Shown one piece after another: positions 1-11,857 of a stretch of 64,000 bases of DNA. Source of the stretch: Balanoglossus misakiensis (taxonomy: Eukaryota > Animalia > Hemichordata); contig CM082591.2 of the NCBI GenBank assembly GCA_040954595.2, forward strand, positions 3,829,957-3,893,956. The letters run 5' to 3'. The stretch's first letter is position 1; the number at the start of each line of letters is the position of its first letter. The translations under genes and the position numbers were made by a program. The notes under the pieces are model-generated. The model was not told the DNA's origin. It did not search any database and saw nothing but the letters and a program-made list of their open reading frames with translations.

Positions 1-982
1 TTTTGGTATTGTTTTATCCATTGTACTATAGTGCTACTTATATGTCGAAACAATTGTGAAGTGACAATTTCGAGTTTCTCATTAGTGTAAGACTGTCATG
101 TCAAGTTTAGTTTGGCAAGAATTATCATCGGGGCCAGTCAGCTTGCTTCTTAGACACTGGTTTATTTTTGTAGAGTTTCTTTTGTTATTTATGTTACTAT
201 GGTAACGTGGATCACTGCCAAGGTAGAGTTCTTTTTGTAGATATCCCATCAGTTGAAGGGAGTCATCTAGGTTAAATAAAGTGCGCCACCTAGTGTTACT
301 GCCATCACAAATTGTCTGCGTTTGTTTTTATGTCATATACATATACAACACATGGCACATAACAATACAAATGACATTTTTTTTCTATTTCTCGGTTGAT
401 ACTTTTTTTTTATTTCTCGACTTAACAATACAATTAAAACTGGGAGCATTCAAATACTAGTGGTCAACTGTTCGGGTCAATGTGTGCCCAGAATGCATGT
501 ACACACAAATCTGCATTTCCATCAAATGAATACTCCAAACCCAGACAAGTAAAGGTAAAGTTTGAGGCTTCTATTGTTTTGAACAAGTTGATGCCATTAA
601 TTCACTTGACATCTTCATTTTTTTTAAAAATCAAACAGCGAGATAACTTGAAACCAATGGCAATTTATTAGGCCCTACAATCACCAATGAAACTGGCAAT
701 TGCTGGTAGCGAGAGATCTCGGTACATAATTAATTCGCCAGTTTTTTTGGCTAAATTCTCCTTCAAACGAATTCTAGTGCGAAGATAAACTGTAGTAACG
801 TCAAATTTCTCGAAATACGAAGTGTCTTTTTGTTGTGAAGACACAACATGGGTGTGTTTTATTGGCGATGTTGAGGAGTCGATTAGAGTTCAAATGAGGT
901 CATCCAGTTCTTCGTGGAACAGGTCACATGACGACGATAAGGTCACCCACAACACAACTACCCAAGAGATCGTTATACCAGA

Positions 983-3208
983 ATGGCAGCCAAAGAGTCC
1001 AGGTTTGTGGAGGAAATTGACGCCAACTTTCTGTCCTGTACCGTTTGCTCGGAGCGATACAAGAACCCTAAACTCCTCTCGTGTCTACACAGCTTCTGTG
1101 AGCCGTGTCTGGGGAAGCTGGCCGAGAAAAGTGGCGTTGTTACCTGTCCAATATGTCGGCGGTCGCACCAACTTCCTGATAGTGGCGTGGCAGGTATTGG
1201 TGGTAATCAGTTCATCAACGAATTTGTTCAACAGTTCAGAAAACGAGAGGAGGGTTTGTCAAAATCCAGAAAGTGCGAAGGCTGTGGTGAAGGAGAGTGC
1301 GTTAACCACTGTGTGGAGTGTGATGTTGACATGTGTGGGAACTGCGCCCGTTCACACGCTAAATTTCGGGGTACAAAATATCACAGGTTGATGACCATAA
1401 AAGAGTACGAGTCTGCAAAGTCCGATGACCTGGCTTCGGTACAGCCACCAGTCTACTGCACCAGTCACCCTGACTACCAGGTCGAATTTTACTGTGACAC
1501 GTGCGACAAAGCTATCTGTCTCAAATGCACAGCTATAGATCATCCGAGACCCGAGCATAAATACAGATACTTGAAAGACGCAGCCGCTGAATACTGCAAA
1601 GATCTGACAGAAGTAATCGACAAAGTGAAAGTGAAAGAAGATGAAGCCAGCCACAGCAAAGCCGTAGTCATGGAGACTGCCGAATCTCTCGACAGCTGTT
1701 ATCAGACAGAGGACAAGAAAATGAAAGAACACATCCAGAAAACAGTTGATGACGTCACTCGTATGATACGCGAAAATGGTGACAAACTTCTCGGCGAGCT
1801 CAAAGATGAATATGATAGAAGGAAAGTAAACTTAAATGCACAACTGAAAGAAATGGAGTTTGCAGAGAGTGACATGTCAAATGCGAGAGAGTATGCTGAG
1901 AAACTGATGCATTACGGGAATGCCACGCAGTTGATGTCAGCCAAGAAAGGGATTGCCACTCAAATGGAAGAATTGCTGAGAATGGAGACGAAAATTGATC
2001 CGACCGAGACTGATTACATGGAGTTCAAACCGTGTGACGATTTCTGCGAAACAAAAACTGTGGGTGAGATATTTACTTCGGCCGCTGCTGATAACTGCGC
2101 TCTGGTTGATGTTCCTGAATTTGCAAGAGTTGATGAAGATATCACCATCACCCTAGCAACAGAGATCAAGCAGAGGAAAGAAGCTCATGAAGAAGTAGAA
2201 GTAGATGCAGTCTTGAAGAAACCAGATGACAGCCAAGAAGACATGGAAACAACAAATAATGGTGACGGAACATGGAGTTTAAAAACTCGTCCCAAGATCA
2301 CAGGAAATCATGAAGTCTCAGTGTCGGTATCCAAGAAACCAGTCCAAGGGTCACCAGTTACAATTAATGTTATTCCACAGAAAGGTTTGATTTGTAAATT
2401 TGGTCAGTCAGGGTTGGGAGTGGGGCTGTTGAGTGGCCCATGGGGTGTCATGGTAACCAGGGGTGGCAATGTCAGGGTGTGTGATAGTAATAATAAGAGA
2501 TTACAGACATTCACACAACATGGCCAACATAGAAGTATAACCACGTTCAGTAATATTTCAACCACAGTTTCTCCAAGGTTGTCATCAGTATCAGAGGATG
2601 GTAGTGTATTTACTACTGATGGCAGTGGTTGTCAAGTCATTGTGCATGATGAGAATGGTAGAGTGATGCGATGTTTTGGCAAGGGTGTGATTCAAGCCCC
2701 ATACGGCATTGCGATACATCCTGTCAATGGGAGGGTTTATGTTGCTGATTACAGTGGTCATTGCATCCACATTTACAACCAAGATGGGCAACTTTACAAG
2801 TCATTTGGCTCTTATGGTGCCCGTGAAGGCCAGCTTAATGGTCCTATGGGTGTTATCATTGATTCTGCAGGGAAAGTCTTTGTAGCAGATCTAGGCAATC
2901 ACCGTATTCAAGTGTTTGATGCTGAGGGTGAATATTTGTACAGCTTTGGAAGTTATGGGTCAGGTGATAATCAGATGTATAACCCCCACGGGATATCACT
3001 CGACAGTGAAGGCAATGTGTATGTGTGTGATTACAGTAATCACAGAGTGATGAAGTATGAGTCAGATGGTCAATTCATTGGTCGCATTGACAGTGATGCT
3101 GACAGGGCAAACGGTCCAACTGGTGTCTGTGTGACCGATGACAAGCCATTTGGCAATGTCATTGTGGCTAATCATTCTACAAATGTTGTGCAAGTGTTTG
3201 CACAGTGA
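983..3208 (+). CDS. TRIM-NHL E3 ubiquitin ligase (TRIM2/TRIM3/TRIM71-like), intronless, 741 aa
   Basis: C3HC4 RING (CTVC...CLHSFCEPC...CPIC), two B-boxes (CEGC..CVEC..CGNC..H; CTSH..FYCDTC..ICLKC...H), coiled coil, filamin-like Ig region (NNGDGTWSL...GNHEVSV...VQGSP), NHL repeats (P.GIA...GRVYVADY..H.I). AATAAA near 3937. Confidence 0.93.
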   Translation: MAAKESRFVEEIDANFLSCTVCSERYKNPKLLSCLHSFCEPCLGKLAEKSGVVTCPICRRSHQLPDSGVAGIGGNQFINEFVQQFRKREEGLSKSRKCEGCGEGECVNHCVECDVDMCGNCARSHAKFRGTKYHRLMTIKEYESAKSDDLASVQPPVYCTSHPDYQVEFYCDTCDKAICLKCTAIDHPRPEHKYRYLKDAAAEYCKDLTEVIDKVKVKEDEASHSKAVVMETAESLDSCYQTEDKKMKEHIQKTVDDVTRMIRENGDKLLGELKDEYDRRKVNLNAQLKEMEFAESDMSNAREYAEKLMHYGNATQLMSAKKGIATQMEELLRMETKIDPTETDYMEFKPCDDFCETKTVGEIFTSAAADNCALVDVPEFARVDEDITITLATEIKQRKEAHEEVEVDAVLKKPDDSQEDMETTNNGDGTWSLKTRPKITGNHEVSVSVSKKPVQGSPVTINVIPQKGLICKFGQSGLGVGLLSGPWGVMVTRGGNVRVCDSNNKRLQTFTQHGQHRSITTFSNISTTVSPRLSSVSEDGSVFTTDGSGCQVIVHDENGRVMRCFGKGVIQAPYGIAIHPVNGRVYVADYSGHCIHIYNQDGQLYKSFGSYGAREGQLNGPMGVIIDSAGKVFVADLGNHRIQVFDAEGEYLYSFGSYGSGDNQMYNPHGISLDSEGNVYVCDYSNHRVMKYESDGQFIGRIDSDADRANGPTGVCVTDDKPFGNVIVANHSTNVVQVFAQ

Positions 3209-4884
3209 GGAGAGGGTAAAGTCTGTTATGCCAGATCAGAAGCCAAACATTTACCAGAAACAAACATAAACATTTAATATTTAAATTAATCAAGGCTTCA
3301 TTGTGAAGTTAATTCATCTCATATTGAATGAACTTATGACAATTAAAATTTATGAATAATGTGTATTATATGTAGAACTTTCACATGACATGCATTTTAT
3401 TTTGGTGATAATAGCAGTTTTCTCATATTTAATGGATGTGTGTTAACATCAATCAATGATGTGAAGTGAATATATTAATGACGATATCTTTTTTATTAAT
3501 TAACTTTACAGAAAATATTAGGTATGACATATATCCATTTCTGAAAATAATATGAACTACCGTAACAGTAAAATTTCATATGCTTAGTGTTTTCCTATTA
3601 TGTATAGCAACAATTTTTTACGCCTTTTTGTGTGTAAAACTTGTTGAAATTTCCTGAAATGCCATGTTAGTAGACATTGGCTGTTCTTGATATTTAGTTT
3701 TTACAGAATAGTACATGTATTTGGTGTACACAAAATTCTGAACCAGATACAATTCAAACAGAAGCCAGTAAAATGACTTTTCCAGTTTAATTTGATCAAT
3801 TCAGTTTGATACGAGTTCAATGACCATATGTATTTACTAATATTAATTTGTTAATTGAGTGTTTGTACAATCAGTGTGTAGTGCATGGCTCCATGTAGAT
3901 TAGCCTGTCAGAATATACTTATTTTATCGGAGTTTAAATAAAAAACACAGTTCCTGGAAGATTGTTTATTTGTCTTTTGTTGTTTTTTTATGCAAAGGAA
4001 AATTTTTGATTGACACTTCCAGTTGGGTTCAAACAACTGACAAATAATTTAAATTCTCCTCAAAGCGACTTTTGGCAATAATTGCTAATTTCAGCATAGT
4101 ACAAATGTATTCAGAAAATCCTGCACACAAAACTTCTACCTGGTTTGTATAAAATCAAATGTGGTGCAAACAATCAAGATGGGACAACTATAATTTCAAC
4201 AATTTTGATTTTTATTCATCAATTCATTTCAAAATTTAATGTTTAGTTCTATTAAATGGTATTTTTTTCTTCACAAAAGTACCTTATTGAAAAAAAAAAT
4301 CAAAACAAAATGAAATCATCAAACAAGTCACTTACAAATAACAAAAAGAAATTCTTAGTCCTTTAATAATCTATACATTTCTGGTACATGATTGAATTAC
4401 TTACTGACAGTACAAAATGCTGAGGCCATAATATAACAGAATACAAAATTGCATATTTGACCCCCAGGTCAAAAAATGGCATCATTGGGGGAAAAATGAT
4501 TTCCGTATCCCGAATTTGAGAATACATCTACTCAAAGCTGCCAGTTCATTCAGGCATTAAAACTCAAAACTGCAAATCGAAGTACTTTTAACTTTATTTC
4601 TTAAAAGTGCACTTATCAGAAATGATAGCGATATCTCTTGTCAAAAGAACATATGAAAATTAATATGCTTCTAACGATATAAAAATACGCAAACTTCTGT
4701 TTTGTTCAGAAAATGAACTATCTCCTTGAAAGTATTTTTTTGCAAAAATAAGTTTTAGTGACGAAATAACTGACTGAAGTAAGAAATCAGGTTTCAAAGC
4801 TTTGAAACAAAATTCATTTGGCAAATTTGATTGCAAATCGCTTTATTTTAATTTGGACGCGTGACTTGGTGATGTCGCGATGCT

Positions 4885-6711
4885 TCAGTTTTGGACTGTG
4901 TATGTGCTGCCGCTGTACCAGTTAGCGTAGTTGGTGGGTTGAACTTGTCGCAGTGACTGTGGGTGAACAATGCTGTACTGGGAGGACAGAGCGTTGGCGG
5001 GCATCACCATGATCTGCTGCTGGTGGTTGCCGGGCGTGGCGCTGTTGGCCCCGCTTTGGCCGCTCTCGCTGGTGGTGACCTCTGTCACCAAGGCAACGTC
5101 CTGGTTATTCTGCTCACTGCTCTGCCCCTCCTCGGCGGCGCTGCACTCCCCCCGGATGTCGTCCTGGCTGCCAACGTCAATGGTGGACATGAGGCCCTGC
5201 TGGTTGGTACCACTCTGGAAAGAGGGGTGGACGCCGTGCACCTCGGGGGAGTTGTAGCCAGGGTGACTGCCTTGCAGAGGCGAGGTGCAGTTTTGCAAGT
5301 AGGCAGGCGGGAGATTCCATTTTTGAAAAGAGGATTGGAATTGAGGTGAGCTATCAATGCCTAAAAACAAAACAAAACAAAAAAATTAACGTTAAAAAAA
5401 CAAATCATGAAATAATATTATCAGCAGTGTTTCATCTCGCATGACCACAAGGGGAAACCACAAAAAAATGGCAGCCCCTCATTTTAGTTCATTAGGAATA
5501 AATTTGGCACAAAACGGATCTCGTCTAGTCTGTTTGTTTGTTCGGTCCATATTACCCTGAATGTTATTTGTCTTCAATAAATGACATCCTAAAATGTTGC
5601 AGTTCATATTTTCCGGATGTTCGACACCTTGCAACATTTTGATCTTTCCTTGAAAAAAAAAAAAAAACTGCAATGACTCTAATCACGGGATATGGGCTCT
5701 CAAGTAAACAAGTCTGTTGGGCGTGTTATTTCATGAAAAAAATCGCATCTAATTATGAAATAAAATTCGAGCGACTTTGTGATGTAGACAGTAGAGTTCC
5801 AGGTTTCAAAAAACTCCGGCCTAAAATGACAGGATATACAATGCCAAAGCCACGTATTCAAAGAAACCGCAATATTTGTAACACTTGTTGAAATGTTAGT
5901 GTGAAATTTACATCAAATGTTCCAAGATTTCGTCCAAATTTCGCGAAGACTTGAGAGACAACAATGGCACTTAATGTGATGACATTGTCACGAATCGGTA
6001 AAATGATAATAAATCGACATGTGCTTGTGGTCAACCACGTTAGATTAATTTTAAATCGAGATTTTTAAAAACATGCATTGTGAAGAATATGGAGCAGTGC
6101 CGGGCGCGCGTTGACGCGGCCAAAACGCGGTCGCGACGCGCATGTTCGTTTCGCTTCGTCGATTTCATAAATCTTAACTTACCTTGTGAGGATCTGTTGC
6201 TTCGGTTTATGATCTGTCCGCGGTTATCCCAGGCACACGCCATCAAGTTTGCGTTGATACCGTGAGTCGAGTTCTGGGAGGCCGCGTGCATCTGTTGAGG
6301 GAGGGTGGACACAGCCCCCGCGCCGCTGTCGAGTTGACGCAGGCGCGGGATGCTGATCCCGAGTCTCTGCTCCATCTTATGGCGTCTTCTCAGGGCGACC
6401 TGTCTCTTCATCACCTCCTGGCGCTGTTTCACCAGGATACAGTCTTGGCAGGTGCAGTTGCGGAACTTGCAGACGGCCTTGTGGTCCTTCAGGCGCACCA
6501 CGAAGCCGTGGTTGCGGCAGCGGGCACATTTCGGCTGCTTGCCGGGCGTGGCACCGCCATCGGTTTCTCCCGGCGATGCGGTCGCTTTCATGGCGGCCGC
6601 GCCTGGCTCCGTTTTGACCGGGGTCGACGCTAACTCACCACTCGCCACACTTTCAACCTGTTCGCTGCGATCTAGCTGTGATGGAGATTTCTTGCCGCCT
6701 TGGGATGGCAT
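4885..6711 (-). CDS. DM-domain (doublesex/mab-3 related) transcription factor, 2 coding exons (6711-6183, 5360-4885)
   Basis: DM domain PKCARCRNHG...LKDHKAVCKFRNCTCQDCILVKQRQEVMKRQVALRR. Phase-1 donor CAAG|GTAAGT at 6182 joins in frame to acceptor TTTTTAG|GC at 5360. The C-terminal exon is S/Q/P-rich. Confidence 0.9.
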
Positions 6712-7943
6712 GGTCAGGTCAACCGATTTCAAGTCGTGAAATACACAAAGTCGAAGTGCGTCTCCTACTGTGGCTAAGTTGAAACTGACGCGATTGGCCC
6801 CTAAACCAAGTTTTCTATTGTGAACTTTCCCGCCCTCCGCTTGATTGCAAAATTGCTACATTTAGGCTTCTCGATGTATCAAAATTTTATCATGGCGTGT
6901 CACTTTGTCGGTATTGCGGAAAGATACTGCAACAAATGAGACAAAAACTTAGTCTCATTTCCACCGAATATATTTCAGCGCACGAGGCGTCGACGCGCGA
7001 CAGAAACATACACATCCCACGATTTGGATGAAATATATCTAGCGGAAAATGTTTTATTTTAAAATCGATGACTTTTGTTGGGTCAATATTACAAAAACAA
7101 TCCAAGCTGATTTTTTATTTATCCATAAGTATTGTAACCCAGAGGGCTGAAATCTCAATAAATTGCATTAAGTTTTTTTGTTTGTTTGTTTCTTCACTAG
7201 TCATCCCTGCATCTAGGGTCGAATTATAAATTTAATCTGTTTTGAATTGATTCACAACACGTGAAGGACTAAGTTCTAAAATTAGATCTGGTACAGGTCC
7301 GGTCACAATGGGTCAACACGAGATACATGCATTTTTTTTATGTTTTCAGATCTGTCACTCAATTGAGTTTTGCTCATTTGATTGGGTCATCGTCTGGAAA
7401 TGGGCGTATAGTAATAATTACACCATTTCCTGTTATTGTTGAGGACAATTCATGAATAACGCGTCACTGTTGTCCATCAAACTTTTGTGCCTTGCGGAAA
7501 TAGACTAGGTTTTACATCACTTTCAGTGCGGAGGAAGTTCAGGTTACTTCCGGTGAAGCGTCACCATTGCTCAATTTGCATATCCAGAAAAACGCCACCA
7601 ACGACTAGTTTGAATTATTCATCTGTTTTTACACGGTACATGAATACCGTCATCAATATCAAATGACGCAGTTTTGTTGATTTAGTGAGGTTGTAAATTT
7701 ATCCCAAACTTGTGAAATAATGAAAGCGTCAGTGTGTGCGTGGCGAAATTGTCCCTTTACTCGGAGCGGGAGCGAGGAATATACAAGTAGGCCTAAGTGA
7801 TTTCTATGGTTGGTGCTTTGCTGTATAATACATGCAGTAACCATGTTTATATTTTGTTTTCTCTTTGGAGTTTTACTTTAAAAATTAAAGGTCTTCCGTT
7901 TTCCGCCCAAAGGCATTCGCTATTCACCTGGAGGTTGAGTCTC

Positions 7944-7957
7944 GTAGCCATGGCGAC
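7944..7957. promoter_or_regulatory. Putative RFX X-box upstream of the SPMIP2-like gene
   Basis: GTAGCCATGGCGAC matches the palindromic X-box GTTGCCATGGCAAC at 12/14 positions and lies about 480 bp upstream of the ATG at 8434. Confidence 0.45.
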
Positions 7958-8433
7958 GCTCCATTAAAAATTTACCTCGATCGATTACTGTACGCGTCTT
8001 GCACATTTTGTCCATTTGTCGATTGCTCGCCGCTGGTCAATTGTGTCCGCCGTGTTTCCGATATGCAAATGAGCGCTAATCGCCTGGCTATTGTTTGTTT
8101 CCGGACAGAAATGTACACAGTGTGTGCGCTCTGGTAGAAATCAGGTTGGATTGTCCGTGTTCGACTTGAAACCGGCCAGCGAGACTGCAAGCGAGGCGGG
8201 GTATCACAGTTTTTTGGGGGAAAGTTTTTTTTTCTTTCCATTGTTTTGGCTGCCACTGCGCTGTCGTCGACTTGTGAGACCGCTGTGCGTTTCAGCCATC
8301 TGTCATCGCTTCGAAACGGACTGAGTGTACAGTACAGTACAGACGTCAGTCTAGGGTTACCAGACCGACCCGACACTCGGACACAGGTGACAGACTCGCT
8401 GAGCTAGCTGGACAACTCACAACCGCCGAAGGC

Positions 8434-11223
8434 ATGTCGCTGGCAGACAGAACCCACTCCCGTGCCACTTCGAGTTACTCCGCCGCCACCCAGGCGCAGG
8501 AGCCGGTCCACGAACCGCGCCTACCGGTCGAACTTGACGGGACTAGAGGTATCATGATCTTTGGTGGTAAGTGTAGGAGACTATAACTGTGGTACGATAA
8601 TCAAACATGTTATATCGGCCATGTTGAAATACCGGCGTCCCTGGTAACGGCGCTCGTGGGATGGGTTCTGCTCGTCAATGTGACATCATTTTCACATTAA
8701 TGGCGTTATCTCAATTTTTGGACTATTTCAAGTCGATTTTGTGTAAAGCAATTGTGTGTGTGTGTTCACACTCATTTTTGTGAATATAAAGATGGTCTAC
8801 GAAGTGGCTAAGTGCCCGACAAAAGACAAGGGTGGTAATAATCAGTGAGCTCCAAATTAAAAGTACTCGGTTGTTTCTAAGGAAACCTGCAGGTCCATTT
8901 CATCAAAGTGGTTAATACAAAATTAATTAATGACAATATACCTTCATTTCATCGTATTAGCGACGCGATGCTGTAATTAAATTCGCGTCCGCGCTCAGAC
9001 TGTTACAATACACTTGCGTCGAAATCAATATCACTGATTGTCATAACTTTCCGTTCGAAATAGTACATGTATACTGACAATAGTATTTCCTCGTGTTGAT
9101 CTCGTTTTATCCCTATTCCTTTTTAATTCCTATTTATCACGATTACCCGCCATCAAATCGGACGTTAAATATGATTCAACAGGTGGTTGCGTGCGCGTTG
9201 CCGGCGCGACTGGCGCGGGCGCGGGCGCGCACTGGAGCGTAACTAACGCTAAGCCGGGTCACGCGCGCTGAATGGGTTTTCGACTTTGGCACGTCTACAA
9301 TTGCGAACCGTATGCTTTCCGAGGGATATACTTTGCCACGCGCCATTGTGTACCGTTTATTAATTCTTTGACTCTGTCTGTATGCACAAGCTCTGCTGTT
9401 TATGGAGCTATGGTTGGTTCAACTGTAAACATCTAATGAATGTGGCTTGGTTGAAATTTCAGAGCTGCTTTTGAAATAAGAGTCGCGTATTTCACAATAC
9501 TGTCGGGTAACTGTAATGACGCATTTGTTTCAAAATCTCGCCGTAACGGTGCCTTATAATAGACAAAAAAACGAGATCTTTGTTGAACATATTAACAGTG
9601 GTCAGAGTAGTTAAACAGTGAATAAAATGAATGATCAAAAGTTGTTTTGTTCAAAAAATGAGAAAACATTAAAACTTTTTATTTTCGAGGCACATATATA
9701 CTACCTTAAAATGACATGTGTGTTTTCTGAAAAGCTCGCGGCGCGAAGAATATTTTTGATCGATGTCCGTAAATCAGATAACACATGTTATCACCTACGA
9801 ACGTAATTTGTGAGGAATGTGATAGTTTATTTAAAGTCCAAAAGTTTAAGTGCGGTTGTAAAAAAAAAAAAACGCTCTTGTGTTTACAAAACGTCGACTG
9901 AGTTAAAATCTGACATCGAGGTTAATCCAGGGTCGCGAGTCTTAACTGACCTGGACACGCGCGCCCAGTTGCCCGTGGCTACTGACGTTGCCATAGGTTA
10001 CAGGCCGCACAAAATGGTAGTGCATAATATGATGTTCATCATAATTATCATACCATGGCCCTGACAATTTTTGACCGCCAAGTAAAGAAACTAAATTTAC
10101 TGGTTTGACCCTGTGTCTTTTGTTATCCATGGGAAAGGTCAGGCTCTATTGTTGAAGTTACGACAGGTGCTGTAAAAATTCCACATTTTAAAAGTCTTTG
10201 TCAATTCAACTCGTTCAATGCTCCCCTGGAGGCTATCAACCATGGATGACGACAAATGATTGCGTAATCGCCCATGAGCTGTTGCCGGGTGGCGCATTGC
10301 CACATTCGTAATAATGAGTGTATGCTCTGAAATCCCAGATGCTGCAGTGTAACGTTCTTAATGCTTCTTTCGCCGGGCAAATTTTGTCTGCTGCATTATA
10401 GATGACGATATGTATATACTCAAGGAGACAACAATCTTTATTTTGATGTTTGATAGCCGAGTTCCCGTTGTGTACTTTCATCGTAGACTTTATTCGTTAG
10501 TCATTTCCAAATCTCTCTCGTGTGTCACTACAGCGTGCTTTACACTGTCACAATACCCAGACAAAATGACTGATTGACAGAGACACAGACAGACAGACAG
10601 AGATAGCTTGGCCTAATGTCATAGAAACAGAGTCGGACAGAGTAAAATTCAGACACAAGGGGAAGAAAAGGGCTGACGAAAACATTTATTGCTCGATCTG
10701 TAGGTCCAAGCTACAAAGGCCAGCACCGCGTTACCCACGTGGTGGACCACAACGTGTTCTTGGGCATAGGCGCTGCGTCCACCGAGAAGACGAGTGAGCT
10801 GCGGTACATCACCAGAGCCCCGGTCTTCACTCCGTCACCGCGACATGAACGAGTCGGCGAGATCGGCTGGAACTACAACACCTTCAAAGATTATACAGAA
10901 GTCAAGAAGCTCAAGAAACCGGTGAGTAAATCGCATTTAAAGGGAGGCGATCGTCCTAATGCGCATGTGCTAAACCAGAGACTCTGGTTTAACAGAAATT
11001 GTATACAGTCTATGCCATATTGTATTTCTGTGTTGGAATTAATCAAAGAATTCTGAACTTAAAAACAAGGACACAAAAAGAGGCTCGATCACAGAGACAG
11101 TTTTGACAGGAAATGCTGGGTGACCGTAGGAGGCGCTGTGCACCACTCATCGAGTTTGTGATGGTTCTGATTACCATTTGATCCTTCTATTTTCAGGATC
11201 ATTTCGTGCCGATTACAAAGTGA
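8434..11223 (+). CDS. C4orf45/SPMIP2-like (DUF4562-like) small protein, ~125 aa, 3 exons (8434-8566, 10704-10921, 11197-11223)
   Basis: Canonical GT-AG junctions with compatible phases (1, then 0). The spliced peptide ...RGIMIFGGPSYKGQHRV...FLGIGAASTEKTSELRYITRAP...RHERVGEIGW resembles the C4orf45 core as I recall it (MIFTGPDY...YVG...EKTGDLRYLWRP...HEYVGEIGW). Confidence 0.75.
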
Positions 11224-11857
11224 AGCGCCGATTTCGTTCCCATGGTTACTGGTAGCTTGTCCGCTGCCCAAGCTGCAAACTCCGTCCATTTTTTTAAAAA
11301 ACTCTTTGAAATGCACCTCCTGATATTTACGAAATGTGTTTTTTGGTTGACAGCTACGTGCTGTTTTACATATACATGTACTAAATGTTTTGAAAACTAT
11401 AATGTATTTTGAACAATTTTTATCAGTACGTTGATTTTCAAACACATCGAGTGTCATTGAATTTCGAGTGTCTTCGTCAAAGTTGGTTCGCTATATGTGA
11501 CATCAAAGGTCACGAAGATAATGGACAAGTCCCGCAATCTCGCTGCCAGAAAGAAAATTTCCATTATTCATGATTAATATAATATAAGAGACAATTGCTT
11601 TTTTTTCAAAATGTTTCTCTTCTGCAAAGGATTTTGCGGGATATCCTGTTTTTTGCAATTGCAAGAAAATTATTGATGTTATTTTTTGGCACAGAATCAG
11701 CTTCTGCACAGATTTGCGAGTTGTGTGACTACATTTTGACACGAATACAGATTTGGAAATCAATAAAAAAGTGAAATCACATTTTTCGCATTGTGAATGT
11801 GGTGTTTACATCTGCATTCGAAAGGAATGCTGGGAAGGGTGTGCGCAGAAGATGTTT

